A DNA stretch of 64,000 nt, from positions 1,376,001 to 1,440,000 of the forward strand of contig CP186953.1 in assembly GCA_049570475.1 (NCBI GenBank), read 5' to 3'. Position 1 is the first letter of the stretch. Each line of letters begins with the position of its first letter. This document shows, piece by piece, positions 38,436-47,766 of the stretch. The notes beneath the pieces were generated by a model. The model made no database searches. It saw only the letters and a list, made by a program, of their open reading frames with translations, and was not told where the DNA came from. The translations under genes were made by a program, and so were the position numbers. Source of the DNA: Candidatus Methanosuratincola verstraetei (GTDB taxonomy: Archaea; Thermoproteota; Methanomethylicia; Methanomethylicales; Methanomethylicaceae).

Positions 38436-40586
38436 CTATATCAGAGATTTAATGTTAATTTCATTACCTTTCTGAACAAGAACTCCTAATAAAAGACGCT
38501 TTTCATAGTATAGCTCCTTCATCTTTTCATAAACTGGTTTTAATGAAATATCATCCATCATTGCAATTTCATCAAATAATGCAATTATTTTTCGGTTATC
38601 ATTTTTGATATTCAACAAACTTAGAAGAAATGCACTTTGACTTTGACCTGTACCCATGTCACTGAGATATATTGTTGATCCGTCTTCTGTGATTATGGTT
38701 TTTAAGATTAGATTTACTGTTTTAGCTTTATATGTTCTATCTATGTGTCTAAAATTTCCGATTCTATGAGCAAGATATTTTGAAACTTCATCAAAATATT
38801 TTCTACTGTTGTCATTATTTTTTAAATCATCTTCTTTTAATGTATTATTAATTAAATTATTAAGGTCATTATTGTATATGCTTAGTAATTTTTGACTCAA
38901 TCTATTTACTTTAGTATAGATGATATTTAACTCATTATAAAACGATTCGTATTTGTGAGGTTCCAATTTTTCTAGGCGTTCTTTTTCTGTTTGGTATTGT
39001 TTAATTGTAATTTCTAGAGCTCTCATCTCTTTTTGTTTTTCGCTAATTTCTCCTTCTAAATCTGTTATTGTTTTTAGTACATTCTCTTCTCCTAAATCTA
39101 AACATTCTTTAACATGTTCATTTTTTGGAATTTCCTTTAGGATTTCCGCGTATGGCCCATCAAGTTTTTTTGCTTCGATTCCCAATAAAATACATCTGCT
39201 ATGGTATTCTCTGCATTTTTTATTTGCACGCTCAAGTTCATTCGTAACCTGTGATAGCTCGATATTAAGTTGCGAATACTTCAAGTCGGAACTTTTGGAA
39301 TATTCTTCTGCTGCAACGCTCTCCTTTTTATAAGCTTCTAGTGATTCTTTCATCTCTTTTACAATACCCTTTATCTCATTTAAAATTCTATTTATGTTAT
39401 CATAATTTTTATATTTTTTTATTATACTATTTCTTTTTTCATTTTCTTCTCTTAATATGTTGATTAAATCTTGAATTGTAACATTTAACTTTGATATCCT
39501 TAGCTCAGAATATTCAAATTCTTTTAGTAAATCAAGAATTCTCTCTATAGAACTTACATCCTTGTAAACTGGATTTTTACTAATTTCATCCATTTCTTCT
39601 TGTATATATTTGATATAGTTAGAGGCCTCAATTTCGATATCTGTTAATTCGTCATGTTCAATTGTGTAAGGATTAAATTCTTTCCATATTGTAAAGCTTT
39701 TCTTTAATTTTTTTGGTAAAATAGATTCTAATTGAGGAGTGACTTTATTATAATTCTCTGCTAGTTTATTGCTTAATTCACCTATCTTTCTTTTTTCTTG
39801 AATTTTCTCTCTAACCACCTTTCTCCCAGTTTTATCAATATCTTCGATAGCCTTTTTTATTTCTTCACTTCGTGTTTCTAATCTGGATTTTTCCGAAAGG
39901 TAATGATAATAATACATTATAAATGCTGCTTTTTGAAGCATGTTCAAAAAATCTCTACTTGATGGCAACTCGTCTTCAATAGTCTTCTTTTTTTCTCGTT
40001 GTTCTTTTAAACGTTCTTCAACTTCTTTTAAACGTTGAAGATCACGTGATTTTTCTATCTGTTGTATTGTGTAATGCACAAACATTCCAAAGTCCTTGAT
40101 CCTGTTCCCATATTGTCGTTGTTCATCCCTTAGTTCCTTTAGAAGTTCGGGCAGTCTCTCGGTTGGATTACTTGGAATATCATAAATTAAATTATACTTT
40201 TTTTCAAAATTCTCATAAATCACCGGCGAAAAATTTTCCCCATCCAAACTTTCTTCAACTATGATTTCTGAACTATTAGGATCCGTTTTCTTAGATCTAA
40301 TTATCAATTTATCCAAATCAGATTTTATTTCAAAGGAAAACTGCAACTTTTGATGTTTGGCATCTAATAATGAATTCATTTTTGCCTGCAAGGCTGAATT
40401 GATCTTTGAGCTTTTATTGCCAAAAAGTCCCAATGCGATTATATTTAGTAAGGTACTTTTACCAGACGAATTTGGGCCTTCGATTAAAACAAGATTGTCG
40501 AGTTCCTTGGGTATTTTATTAGGGGAAAATCTGTCTATCTGGCTAGGCCCTGTTGTTCTCTCAATTACATAATCGTATTTTAACAC
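38436..40586 (-). CDS. Rad50/SbcC/SMC-like coiled-coil ABC ATPase
   Basis: Walker A GPNSSGKS, ~450-aa coiled coil, signature-like 'LSDMGTGQ', Walker B 'IIALFDE' plus D-loop 'MMDD'; no CXXC hook. Confidence 0.85.
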   Translation of the reverse strand: MLKYDYVIERTTGPSQIDRFSPNKIPKELDNLVLIEGPNSSGKSTLLNIIALGLFGNKSSKINSALQAKMNSLLDAKHQKLQFSFEIKSDLDKLIIRSKKTDPNSSEIIVEESLDGENFSPVIYENFEKKYNLIYDIPSNPTERLPELLKELRDEQRQYGNRIKDFGMFVHYTIQQIEKSRDLQRLKEVEERLKEQREKKKTIEDELPSSRDFLNMLQKAAFIMYYYHYLSEKSRLETRSEEIKKAIEDIDKTGRKVVREKIQEKRKIGELSNKLAENYNKVTPQLESILPKKLKKSFTIWKEFNPYTIEHDELTDIEIEASNYIKYIQEEMDEISKNPVYKDVSSIERILDLLKEFEYSELRISKLNVTIQDLINILREENEKRNSIIKKYKNYDNINRILNEIKGIVKEMKESLEAYKKESVAAEEYSKSSDLKYSQLNIELSQVTNELERANKKCREYHSRCILLGIEAKKLDGPYAEILKEIPKNEHVKECLDLGEENVLKTITDLEGEISEKQKEMRALEITIKQYQTEKERLEKLEPHKYESFYNELNIIYTKVNRLSQKLLSIYNNDLNNLINNTLKEDDLKNNDNSRKYFDEVSKYLAHRIGNFRHIDRTYKAKTVNLILKTIITEDGSTIYLSDMGTGQSQSAFLLSLLNIKNDNRKIIALFDEIAMMDDISLKPVYEKMKELYYEKRLLLGVLVQKGNEINIKSLI

Positions 40587-40729
40587 TTCTTTTCCCCCTT
40601 GATAATTTCAAGTAGTTTTTCTAATAATAGATCGTCAGTATAGCCCTCGGAAATTAGTTTTATTGTCTGTTTTTCAAAGTTATCTTCTGTCAGTGCCATA
40701 AGAAAATCAACAATTGAATACTCGTCCAT
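40580..40729 (-). CDS. 49-aa acidic helical protein (not in ORF track)
   Basis: MDEYSIVDFLMALTEDNFEKQTIKLISEGYTDDLLLEKLLEIIKGEKKC; GAGGAGG RBS; stop overlaps the SMC-like start. Confidence 0.75.
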   Translation of the reverse strand: MDEYSIVDFLMALTEDNFEKQTIKLISEGYTDDLLLEKLLEIIKGEKKC

Positions 40730-40740
40730 ATTTCCTCCTC

Positions 40741-42306
40741 CTACTCAAAAACACCTGCAAATGCTAGTGGAAATTTCATAACTCTAACTTGAGGTATGCC
40801 ATGAATATTTGCAATTGCATATCCCTTTCTAAGCGTCAATATTTCCTCAGACGAAACTGAAATGTCGTGTAATTTCGCTGCAGAACTGTCTGATTTGAAG
40901 AAGATCTTCGTGTTTATTACATTTGCAAGTCCTGATGGTATGTCTGAAGGATTTTGGGATGAGAATATGACACCTATTTCCTGACTACGTCCTGTCCTAC
41001 ATATTGTGTCTAATTCTCCCAGCGCCTCCTTAGAACTGTTTGTATCGTAGAACTGATGGACTTCATCTATTAGTATTAAAATCGGAACTTTTGATAGTCC
41101 CATTCTTTTCTCTTCCACAATGTCTTTTAGAAGGTGTCTTAGTATCACCGCTCCGAATTTCGCTCCTTTTTCTCCAGCCACATTTATGACCGACATTTTT
41201 CCACGGACAAGAATGTCCTTGGCATCAATAATTTCTGCATCTTCGTTATCAAAGAACTCTATTGCATATTCAAGGTTGCGAAGTATGTTTTGATACGTGC
41301 CCCATGGAAGTGTTACTTGCAAAATATCTCTTCTCGAATTCATAGTCTCGTAAGTGTACTTGTCTTGTTCTCCTCTTGCAAAATACTGAACAAAGTCATT
41401 AAACGTAATCCGCCTCTTAGCATTTCTATTGTCCTCTTGCCATTTTCTGAAAATTCCAGGAAGATGTTGCGCTGCTGTATCCGATATGCCTAATAAAAGA
41501 CCTGAAAGTGCTTCAGGATCAAGCCTCATAACATCGAGGGTTATCTTTCTGCATATATCCCTGTTAACGTTATTGCCTGAAGGTATAATCGAATTAGCAG
41601 GGTAATATACAACAAAATTCTTAATTCCACTGGCGTTTTTACCCAAAAACTTCCATTCATTTAAAACATCTGGATTATTTGTGACTGAAGGTTTATCCAT
41701 CCTTAAAAAATCAACATCTTTCACATTAACCGCCAATACTGCCCCAAAATTTTCCATTTCCTCAACAAAATACTGCGCTAAATATTTGGAGGCTACAGTT
41801 TTTCCACTCCCCGTTTTTCCGCAGATTAGTATCTGATGGTAAAATGCTTCGGTTGGAAAGCAAACCTTTATGGGGTTTCCTTTTTCATCTCTAAGAATCT
41901 GATTCTTTCCGCCATGAACTGTAGCAAGAAATAACGCAGGCCCTGTGTTTTTTAATCCTAAAACCGAATCGATCTCCTCTTGGCTCGAACGCCTTGCAAG
42001 CGACTGTGGTCGTATAAAATCGATGAACCCGTCGGTTCGTTCGGGTATGTCTCCAATTCTTATTCCATGTATTATGTTTTGACATTTTTGATCCTGTTTG
42101 AGTGGAGATAAATTCATATCCGCTAACATGGGTGATGGTGAATAAGGTTCAAATTGTTGGCTGTCAGTAACCATTAAAACATGTTTTCTTTCCTCATCTT
42201 CTATCGTGAGGAATGCCCCTTTAGGCAGAATTGCATTCACTTCCTTTGATGAAACAAGCTTAATTTTTCCTTTTTCTTCACCGACTACTATCCACATTTT
42301 TACCAC
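40741..42306 (-). CDS. HerA/FtsK-family ATPase (DUF87)
   Basis: GKTGSGKT, 'LILIDEVHQF', arginine finger 'RTGRSQEIG', 'SQNPSDI'; N-terminal barrel-like region. Confidence 0.9.
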   Translation of the reverse strand: MVKMWIVVGEEKGKIKLVSSKEVNAILPKGAFLTIEDEERKHVLMVTDSQQFEPYSPSPMLADMNLSPLKQDQKCQNIIHGIRIGDIPERTDGFIDFIRPQSLARRSSQEEIDSVLGLKNTGPALFLATVHGGKNQILRDEKGNPIKVCFPTEAFYHQILICGKTGSGKTVASKYLAQYFVEEMENFGAVLAVNVKDVDFLRMDKPSVTNNPDVLNEWKFLGKNASGIKNFVVYYPANSIIPSGNNVNRDICRKITLDVMRLDPEALSGLLLGISDTAAQHLPGIFRKWQEDNRNAKRRITFNDFVQYFARGEQDKYTYETMNSRRDILQVTLPWGTYQNILRNLEYAIEFFDNEDAEIIDAKDILVRGKMSVINVAGEKGAKFGAVILRHLLKDIVEEKRMGLSKVPILILIDEVHQFYDTNSSKEALGELDTICRTGRSQEIGVIFSSQNPSDIPSGLANVINTKIFFKSDSSAAKLHDISVSSEEILTLRKGYAIANIHGIPQVRVMKFPLAFAGVFE

Positions 42307-43358
42307 GCAAACCTCTCTTGATTTATTGTAGGGGTAATTCCAAGGGTTTTAATTAGTTCTTCAAAATTTATAAGTTTTAAAGTTGCTCTAGCATATTTCT
42401 CTGCAATAGCTATCGATCGTATTTGTGGGTTATGCAAATCTCCTTGTGCAATTAATAAATAATATGCTAGGTCCATTATTTGATTGATCTCATCCTTGTA
42501 TTTTTTGAAGGTATTTATGTCTATTTCTATTCTGCAAGGACTACTTTCAAATGCTTTTAGGTAACAGAAAATTTTTGCAAAATTACAATTTTCTTTATCC
42601 ACATACCTAAAGAATTTCGTTCTTTCACCAGGTTTTAGATAGCTATATGCCCAATGCATATCTGAGTTATATTTGCTTTTGAGTTCTTCTACATTGTCTA
42701 CGACCAGATTACTTCTGCTGTTTTTAACAAAAAATATCGGAATTGAATTCTTTTTGAGAAGAGCCTCATTCAAATCCAACGTATATTTTGTCATCTGCCC
42801 TCCAATAAGTGGACCATCGATAAAAATGGTGCAGTCTTCTGGGACATTTTCAACTAGTAATTTCTCACGATCCGAAACGTAATCTCTCTTTGAATCTACC
42901 TCGAAATCGTTTGAAAATTTAATATATTTTGAATTTTTAGTTAGATATAATGACCTTGTATAGAAATAAAAAGTTAAGAGGTTTATCGGGATATAGTCCA
43001 TATCCCCGTGAATTATCATCGAATGTGATGTAAGAAATCCCGTGCCTTCAAGTCCTTCAAATTTGTTTATTGATTCGTCATAGGCACAGATTTTATTCTG
43101 ATCACAGAATTTCTGTCCTTTTCTACAATCAAGCTCGAATTTTCCAGGTTCCTCAATGCCTGAAACAAGTCTACCATTAACCGGATACCCATAAGAACTA
43201 AAATCTATTTCAATTTGAGTAACCTCTTTCGGTAATCTTATTTTCTTCCTTCCGAGTTCTTTAAGCGTTTCATTAAATGCTGGATGAATTATAAGACAAC
43301 CGTTGTTTAATTTGATCTTTGCCCTCTCATTTTCATCCTGACTTAACATAACCAGCAC
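42300..43358 (-). CDS. NurA-like nuclease (RNase H fold)
   Basis: 'CAYDES', 'IFIDGPL', 'FFVKNS', C-terminal 'IAIAEKYAR'; coupled to the HerA gene. Confidence 0.72.
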   Translation of the reverse strand: MLVMLSQDENERAKIKLNNGCLIIHPAFNETLKELGRKKIRLPKEVTQIEIDFSSYGYPVNGRLVSGIEEPGKFELDCRKGQKFCDQNKICAYDESINKFEGLEGTGFLTSHSMIIHGDMDYIPINLLTFYFYTRSLYLTKNSKYIKFSNDFEVDSKRDYVSDREKLLVENVPEDCTIFIDGPLIGGQMTKYTLDLNEALLKKNSIPIFFVKNSRSNLVVDNVEELKSKYNSDMHWAYSYLKPGERTKFFRYVDKENCNFAKIFCYLKAFESSPCRIEIDINTFKKYKDEINQIMDLAYYLLIAQGDLHNPQIRSIAIAEKYARATLKLINFEELIKTLGITPTINQERFAW

Positions 43359-43440
43359 TGAAATTATTTTATGTACATTATATTTATATATTTTTCCAAA
43401 CCGACACTAATGTGATAACAGCATAAATTGCTTATGAATT

Positions 43441-43457
43441 TTTTAAATATATTTTTA
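43441..43457 (+). repeat. 17-bp direct repeat TTTTAAATATATTTTTA, right copy
   Basis: Identical to 36417-36433. Confidence 0.5.
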
Positions 43458-43464
43458 CCTTTTT

Positions 43465-44826
43465 TCATTTAAAATCAAAATTTAATTGCTTTCCACATTT
43501 AAAAAATTCGACATTTCCCCATCTCTTCTTGAACAGCTGCGGATTCTCCGTGTGCACCGGGAATATCTTCTTGGGCGCAATCGTGTCGACCAGCCACTCG
43601 AGCTGCTCCCTGCTCAGGTGCCCCGAGGCGTGCATCTGGTGGAACTCCAGCCCGAAGTGCTCCACCCAGTTCTGGAGCACCTCCTCCGAAAGGTCTTCGT
43701 CGCTGAACGGCTCGCTCATGCTCCTGATCAGGTGCGCCCCCCTCTCAGGCCTGATGTCTATGAGCTCGGTCAGCTGGTAAAAGTCGAGCTCCATCAAATA
43801 CTCCTTCTGCCCCTTCCTGATCTCCTCGCAAGTCACCATCCTGTCCAGGTACTCCCTCTCCCATTTGTAGTAGTCCGAATCGTCGTAGGTGCCGCTCTTC
43901 TTCCTCCTGTAATAGACCCGTATGGCCCCGTCAGTGCGCGGGTCCGGCACGTCCAGATGCTCGTCCTCTATGAGCCTGCCCAGCAAGTATGCACTCTTGG
44001 GCGAGATCACCAGATCCCTGCCGTTCGCCTTTGCGATCTCGTAGAAGGTCCTGAACCGGTCAATGTCCCGGCTGTACCTCATCACAAATACGATCTTGTC
44101 CGTCCCGCCCACGATCTCCTCGCCCTTCTCCCTGACCTGAGCCTCCGAATAGTTCTGCCTCCTCTCGACCTCCTCCATCCTCGTCCCCTCGCAGATGAGC
44201 GCCACTGGCTCGGCAGCTGCTGCCTTCTCCACGAACTCCTCGGTCATGTCCTTCCTGGGCCCGTGCGCCCTCAGGTCCCCCGTGTACGCGATCACGCCCG
44301 CTGAAGTCTCGACCAGATAACCGTAGGCACCGGGGATCGAGTGGTCGACGTGCACCGGCTCGATCCGCATCCCTCCTGCCTTTATCTTAGCGCCGCTCCT
44401 GAACGTGCGGTAGTCGTGGTCGCCGTACTTGCAGCTGTAGGAGATCTCCTCCATGCACTCGAGGAATATCTTGGTCCCCTCCCCCAGGAAGACGGGTATC
44501 TTCGGGTCGATGTAGCAGATGTGCTGGCAGTGGTCGAAGTGCGCATGCGAGAGCAGGACCGCATCTATCTCCGGCTCAGTGTATCCGATCCCGGTCCCTT
44601 CAAGCAGCCCCTCCGCGTAGAGCCCCTTGATCCTGGGCAGGAGGTCGAACTCGAGGAGGTCCTTCAGCACGCTCAGGGTTCTGGGCTGCAGATAGTCGAC
44701 AAAAAAGCCCGCCCCAAAGGTGAACGACTGCCCGAAGTCAAGGAAAATTTTCGTGCCCCGCTCCTCAACAAGGATCTTGTTCCCGCCTATCTCGCCGACC
44801 CCGCCGTAGAATGAGAGCCTCACCAT
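43465..44826 (-). CDS. MBL-fold / beta-CASP hydrolase (RNase J-like)
   Basis: 'GGVGEIGGN', 'SHAHFDH', 'VDHSIPGA', 'YTGDLR', 'HASGH', 'PVHTE'. Confidence 0.88.
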   Translation of the reverse strand: MVRLSFYGGVGEIGGNKILVEERGTKIFLDFGQSFTFGAGFFVDYLQPRTLSVLKDLLEFDLLPRIKGLYAEGLLEGTGIGYTEPEIDAVLLSHAHFDHCQHICYIDPKIPVFLGEGTKIFLECMEEISYSCKYGDHDYRTFRSGAKIKAGGMRIEPVHVDHSIPGAYGYLVETSAGVIAYTGDLRAHGPRKDMTEEFVEKAAAAEPVALICEGTRMEEVERRQNYSEAQVREKGEEIVGGTDKIVFVMRYSRDIDRFRTFYEIAKANGRDLVISPKSAYLLGRLIEDEHLDVPDPRTDGAIRVYYRRKKSGTYDDSDYYKWEREYLDRMVTCEEIRKGQKEYLMELDFYQLTELIDIRPERGAHLIRSMSEPFSDEDLSEEVLQNWVEHFGLEFHQMHASGHLSREQLEWLVDTIAPKKIFPVHTENPQLFKKRWGNVEFFKCGKQLNFDFK

Positions 44827-45210
44827 GGTTATCGCAATAAGATTTGCTTTTAGGGCTTATAACGCTCTCTGAGGCTCTGGAAAAGCCTTCAGTGATCGCC
44901 CCTGGGCAAAAAGAATCAGAAAACGGCTCATAGTTATCTCCAGCGTTTTTCTTTCCTGATCATTCGCGCTCCCAACCCTTTTCCGCCTGCAGTTCATCTC
45001 TTCCGGACCTTTGCCGCGCCTGGCGGCCTGCCCAGCCATGTTTTGCGCACTTGCCCGTCTGCGGGGGGATTGGGCTGCAAAAACATGATGGTGAAAACTC
45101 GCGAGCTAAATGAAGTTCATGATTCAAATCCTTTTTCATTCTGGAGGCTGTAAAACCAATTTGATAAAATATAAGTTAGATTACGTGTAATAGTACATGG
45201 GTGATTTATT

Positions 45211-45615
45211 TTGCCAGATATAGTTGACGCAGCTGTAGCTAGCGGAAAGTTCAACACGCTCGTCGCAGCAGTCAAGGCAGCCGGGCTGGTAGACACGCTG
45301 AAGGGCAAGGGGCCTTTCACGGTATTCGCCCCAACGGACGAGGCTTTCGCTGCCCTGCCGCCGGGGACTGTAGACTCTTTGCTGAAGGACATACCTGCAC
45401 TCAAGAAGGTGCTGACCTACCACGTCGTGGCTGGGAGATATGCGTTCGTCGATCTGAAGAAATTGAAGGAGTTGAAGACGGTCCAGGGCCAGCCAGTCGC
45501 CATCTCCTTCAAAGCCGGAGCCCTATTTGTGAATGACGCCAAGATCGTCCAGGGCGATATCGTCGTGGACAATGGCGTCTGCCACGCGATCGACAAGGTG
45601 ATACTCCCCAAGTAA
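45211..45615 (+). CDS. Fasciclin (FAS1) domain protein
   Basis: '[13 protein letters not shown]', 'LTYHVV', '[13 protein letters not shown]'. Confidence 0.95.
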   Translation: MPDIVDAAVASGKFNTLVAAVKAAGLVDTLKGKGPFTVFAPTDEAFAALPPGTVDSLLKDIPALKKVLTYHVVAGRYAFVDLKKLKELKTVQGQPVAISFKAGALFVNDAKIVQGDIVVDNGVCHAIDKVILPK

Positions 45616-45620
45616 ACTCT

Positions 45621-45637
45621 CCTTTTTTTTATTTTTC
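45621..45637 (+). terminator. Oligo-T terminator-like tract
   Basis: CTTTTTTTTTATTTTTC right after the fasciclin stop, between convergent genes. Confidence 0.45.
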
Positions 45638-45678
45638 TCCTCCCGTTCATCGCCACTAGCTTTTTTATCCCATGTGGC

Positions 45679-47091
45679 TCACAAGGGCTTGGCAGCCGCT
45701 TCAGCTGGCTTGCTGGAGCCCATGCCTACAGTTTGACCGTTCTGGTGTTTCCTGTTGTTCAATGCCTTGCCCCTGGCAAGCGAGGCCGCCATCCCGACAA
45801 TGCAGAGCAGGGCGAAGAAGACGAAGATTGTGGTGAGGCTGCTCATGAACGCCGGATAGAGGGGAGGGGTGATCTGGACAGGCCCGACGTAAACCGCGAG
45901 GACCATCATCGCAAAGCCCATGCTCAGAGTCTGCCCGACCTGGCGCATCGTCGCGAGCGTCCCCGACGCGACTCCCAAATACTTCTTCTCCACTGCGCTC
46001 ATTATCGCGTTCGTGTTCGGGGTGATGAAGAGCGCGAAGCCGAATCCGAGCGCTGCCAGGTTCGCCACTATCAGCAACTGGGGCGTCTCTGTAGAGATCG
46101 TGGCGAGCGAAAAGAGTCCGGCAGAGATGATCGCCATCCCTGCTGAGGAGATTAGCCTTGGCTCGACCCTGTCCGAGAGCCTGCCGGCGATGGGGGAGAG
46201 CAACGCCTGCACTATGGGCTGGGATAGGAGAATCAGCCCTGCCCCCTGGGGATCTAGCCCCCTCACATACTGCAGGTAAAGGCTCATCAGGAAGGTGATT
46301 GCGGAGGTTGACGCATAGTTGATCAGCGCCGCGAGGTTCGAGAAGGTGAATACCCTGTTCCCCCTGAAGAGACTCATGTCAAGTACAGGGCTCCTCGCAG
46401 AGGACTCGTACCTGATGAACGCGACGAGCCCGATGATCCCTGCTGCCAGCAGCACCCCCCCGGCGTACGACGGGAGGATCGAGAACCCGTAGATCGTAGA
46501 GACGAGCATGAAGCCGTATATCGCCGAGCCAACGAAGTCGAAGCTCTCGCCCTTCGCCTCCCTCCACTCCCCCCTCATCGACGTGGATATGAGGAGCAGG
46601 ACTAGCGCCATGAGCGGGACAATCACGAGGAATATCGAGCGCCACCCGAGTTGCTGGGTCAGTAGCCCGCCGAGGAAAGGCCCGGCTGAGAGCCCTGTGT
46701 ACACCGCAGCCGAGTTTATCCCCAGAGCCTTGCCTCGCTCGCCCGGGGGGAAGACGCTGGTGATCAGCGCAACCGATGTGGTGGCTATCATCGAGCCGCC
46801 AACGCCCTGCACGATCCTCATGAAGATCAGGAAGTCGGGGGATGGCGAGATGCTTATCGCGAAGGAAGCGGCTGCGAATATGATCGCACCGCATGTGAAG
46901 ATCCGCTTCCTGCCGTGGATGTCCGCAAGCCTCCCGAATATGACCAGGAATGCCGCCGACGACAGGAGGAAAGAAGTGCTAACCCACCCCATAAGTATCG
47001 TGTCCATTCCGAACTCAGCGCCAATCGCCGGGAGAGCGATGCTCACAGCTGCCATGCTGAATGGGGTCACGAAGGTCGCGAGTGTCGCCAC
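45679..47091 (-). CDS. MFS drug:H+ antiporter (DHA2, 14 TM)
   Basis: 'GRLADIHGRKR', 'GERGKALG', 'LGWRSIF'; true start is probably further upstream. Confidence 0.9.
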   Translation of the reverse strand: MATLATFVTPFSMAAVSIALPAIGAEFGMDTILMGWVSTSFLLSSAAFLVIFGRLADIHGRKRIFTCGAIIFAAASFAISISPSPDFLIFMRIVQGVGGSMIATTSVALITSVFPPGERGKALGINSAAVYTGLSAGPFLGGLLTQQLGWRSIFLVIVPLMALVLLLISTSMRGEWREAKGESFDFVGSAIYGFMLVSTIYGFSILPSYAGGVLLAAGIIGLVAFIRYESSARSPVLDMSLFRGNRVFTFSNLAALINYASTSAITFLMSLYLQYVRGLDPQGAGLILLSQPIVQALLSPIAGRLSDRVEPRLISSAGMAIISAGLFSLATISTETPQLLIVANLAALGFGFALFITPNTNAIMSAVEKKYLGVASGTLATMRQVGQTLSMGFAMMVLAVYVGPVQITPPLYPAFMSSLTTIFVFFALLCIVGMAASLARGKALNNRKHQNGQTVGMGSSKPAEAAAKPL

Positions 47092-47262
47092 GAGAAGGAC
47101 TGCATTCTTGGAGACCCCGGGATCATCGGGGGAAGCAAAACCTCGTTTCGCCTCCGGCTGCGTTTCAAAAGCCCCCTGTGGATTCTTTTCCCTTTTTTCT
47201 TATTTCTGTGTCTATCTGCCTTTTTTTCAACTTTCCCTTTCCGTCTCTCTCATCATTCTTTT

Positions 47263-47673
47263 TCAGAAGAGCGGCTCCTTCTTCTTCACTACGTAGACAT
47301 CGCAGCCTGCATTCTTCACGATGTACTCGACGGCGCTCGGGATGAGCGTCCTCTTAATGCCCCCCTCCCCGAGGCTCCCGACCACGATGAGGTCCACATC
47401 CCTCCTCTCAGCGACCTTCACCGCAGCCGGTCCGGGCTTGTCCTCGATGAATAGCCACTCGAAGTTCAGCCCCGCCCCCTTCACTATCCCCTCGTACCTC
47501 TCGATTATCTCCCTCCCTGCCTTGACCTGTACCGGGTCCTGCCTGGGCATGGGGTGGATGCCGATTATCGTCGAGTTGAATATCTTTGCGATGTGGATCG
47601 CCTCGATGAGCGCCTGCTCGCTCACCGGCGAGCCGTCCGCAATGACCAGGATCCTCGAGATCAACGCCTGCAC
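47263..47673 (-). CDS. Universal stress protein (UspA family)
   Basis: 'RILVIADGS', 'DLIVVGSLG', 'CDVYVVK'. Confidence 0.9.
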   Translation of the reverse strand: MQALISRILVIADGSPVSEQALIEAIHIAKIFNSTIIGIHPMPRQDPVQVKAGREIIERYEGIVKGAGLNFEWLFIEDKPGPAAVKVAERRDVDLIVVGSLGEGGIKRTLIPSAVEYIVKNAGCDVYVVKKKEPLF

Positions 47674-47766
47674 CTTTATTTACTAGTATATCGTGCTGGA
47701 TACTTAATAGCTTCACTGAAGGCCTTGCACGGCACTCGGTTGCTGCCCAGCAAGGGATGCAGTTGA

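Larger units (their letters stand above)
36400..43520. mobile_element. AT-rich horizontally acquired island (defence-like); no integrase seen
   Basis: Abrupt drop to roughly 25-35% GC (by eye) against ~58% flanks; different codon usage; boundaries approximate. Confidence 0.8.

Noticed and set aside
38436-43358. Housekeeping herA-mre11-rad50-nurA repair operon
   Set aside because: No Mre11 phosphoesterase motifs, no zinc hook, different gene order, extra genes and foreign AT-rich composition.
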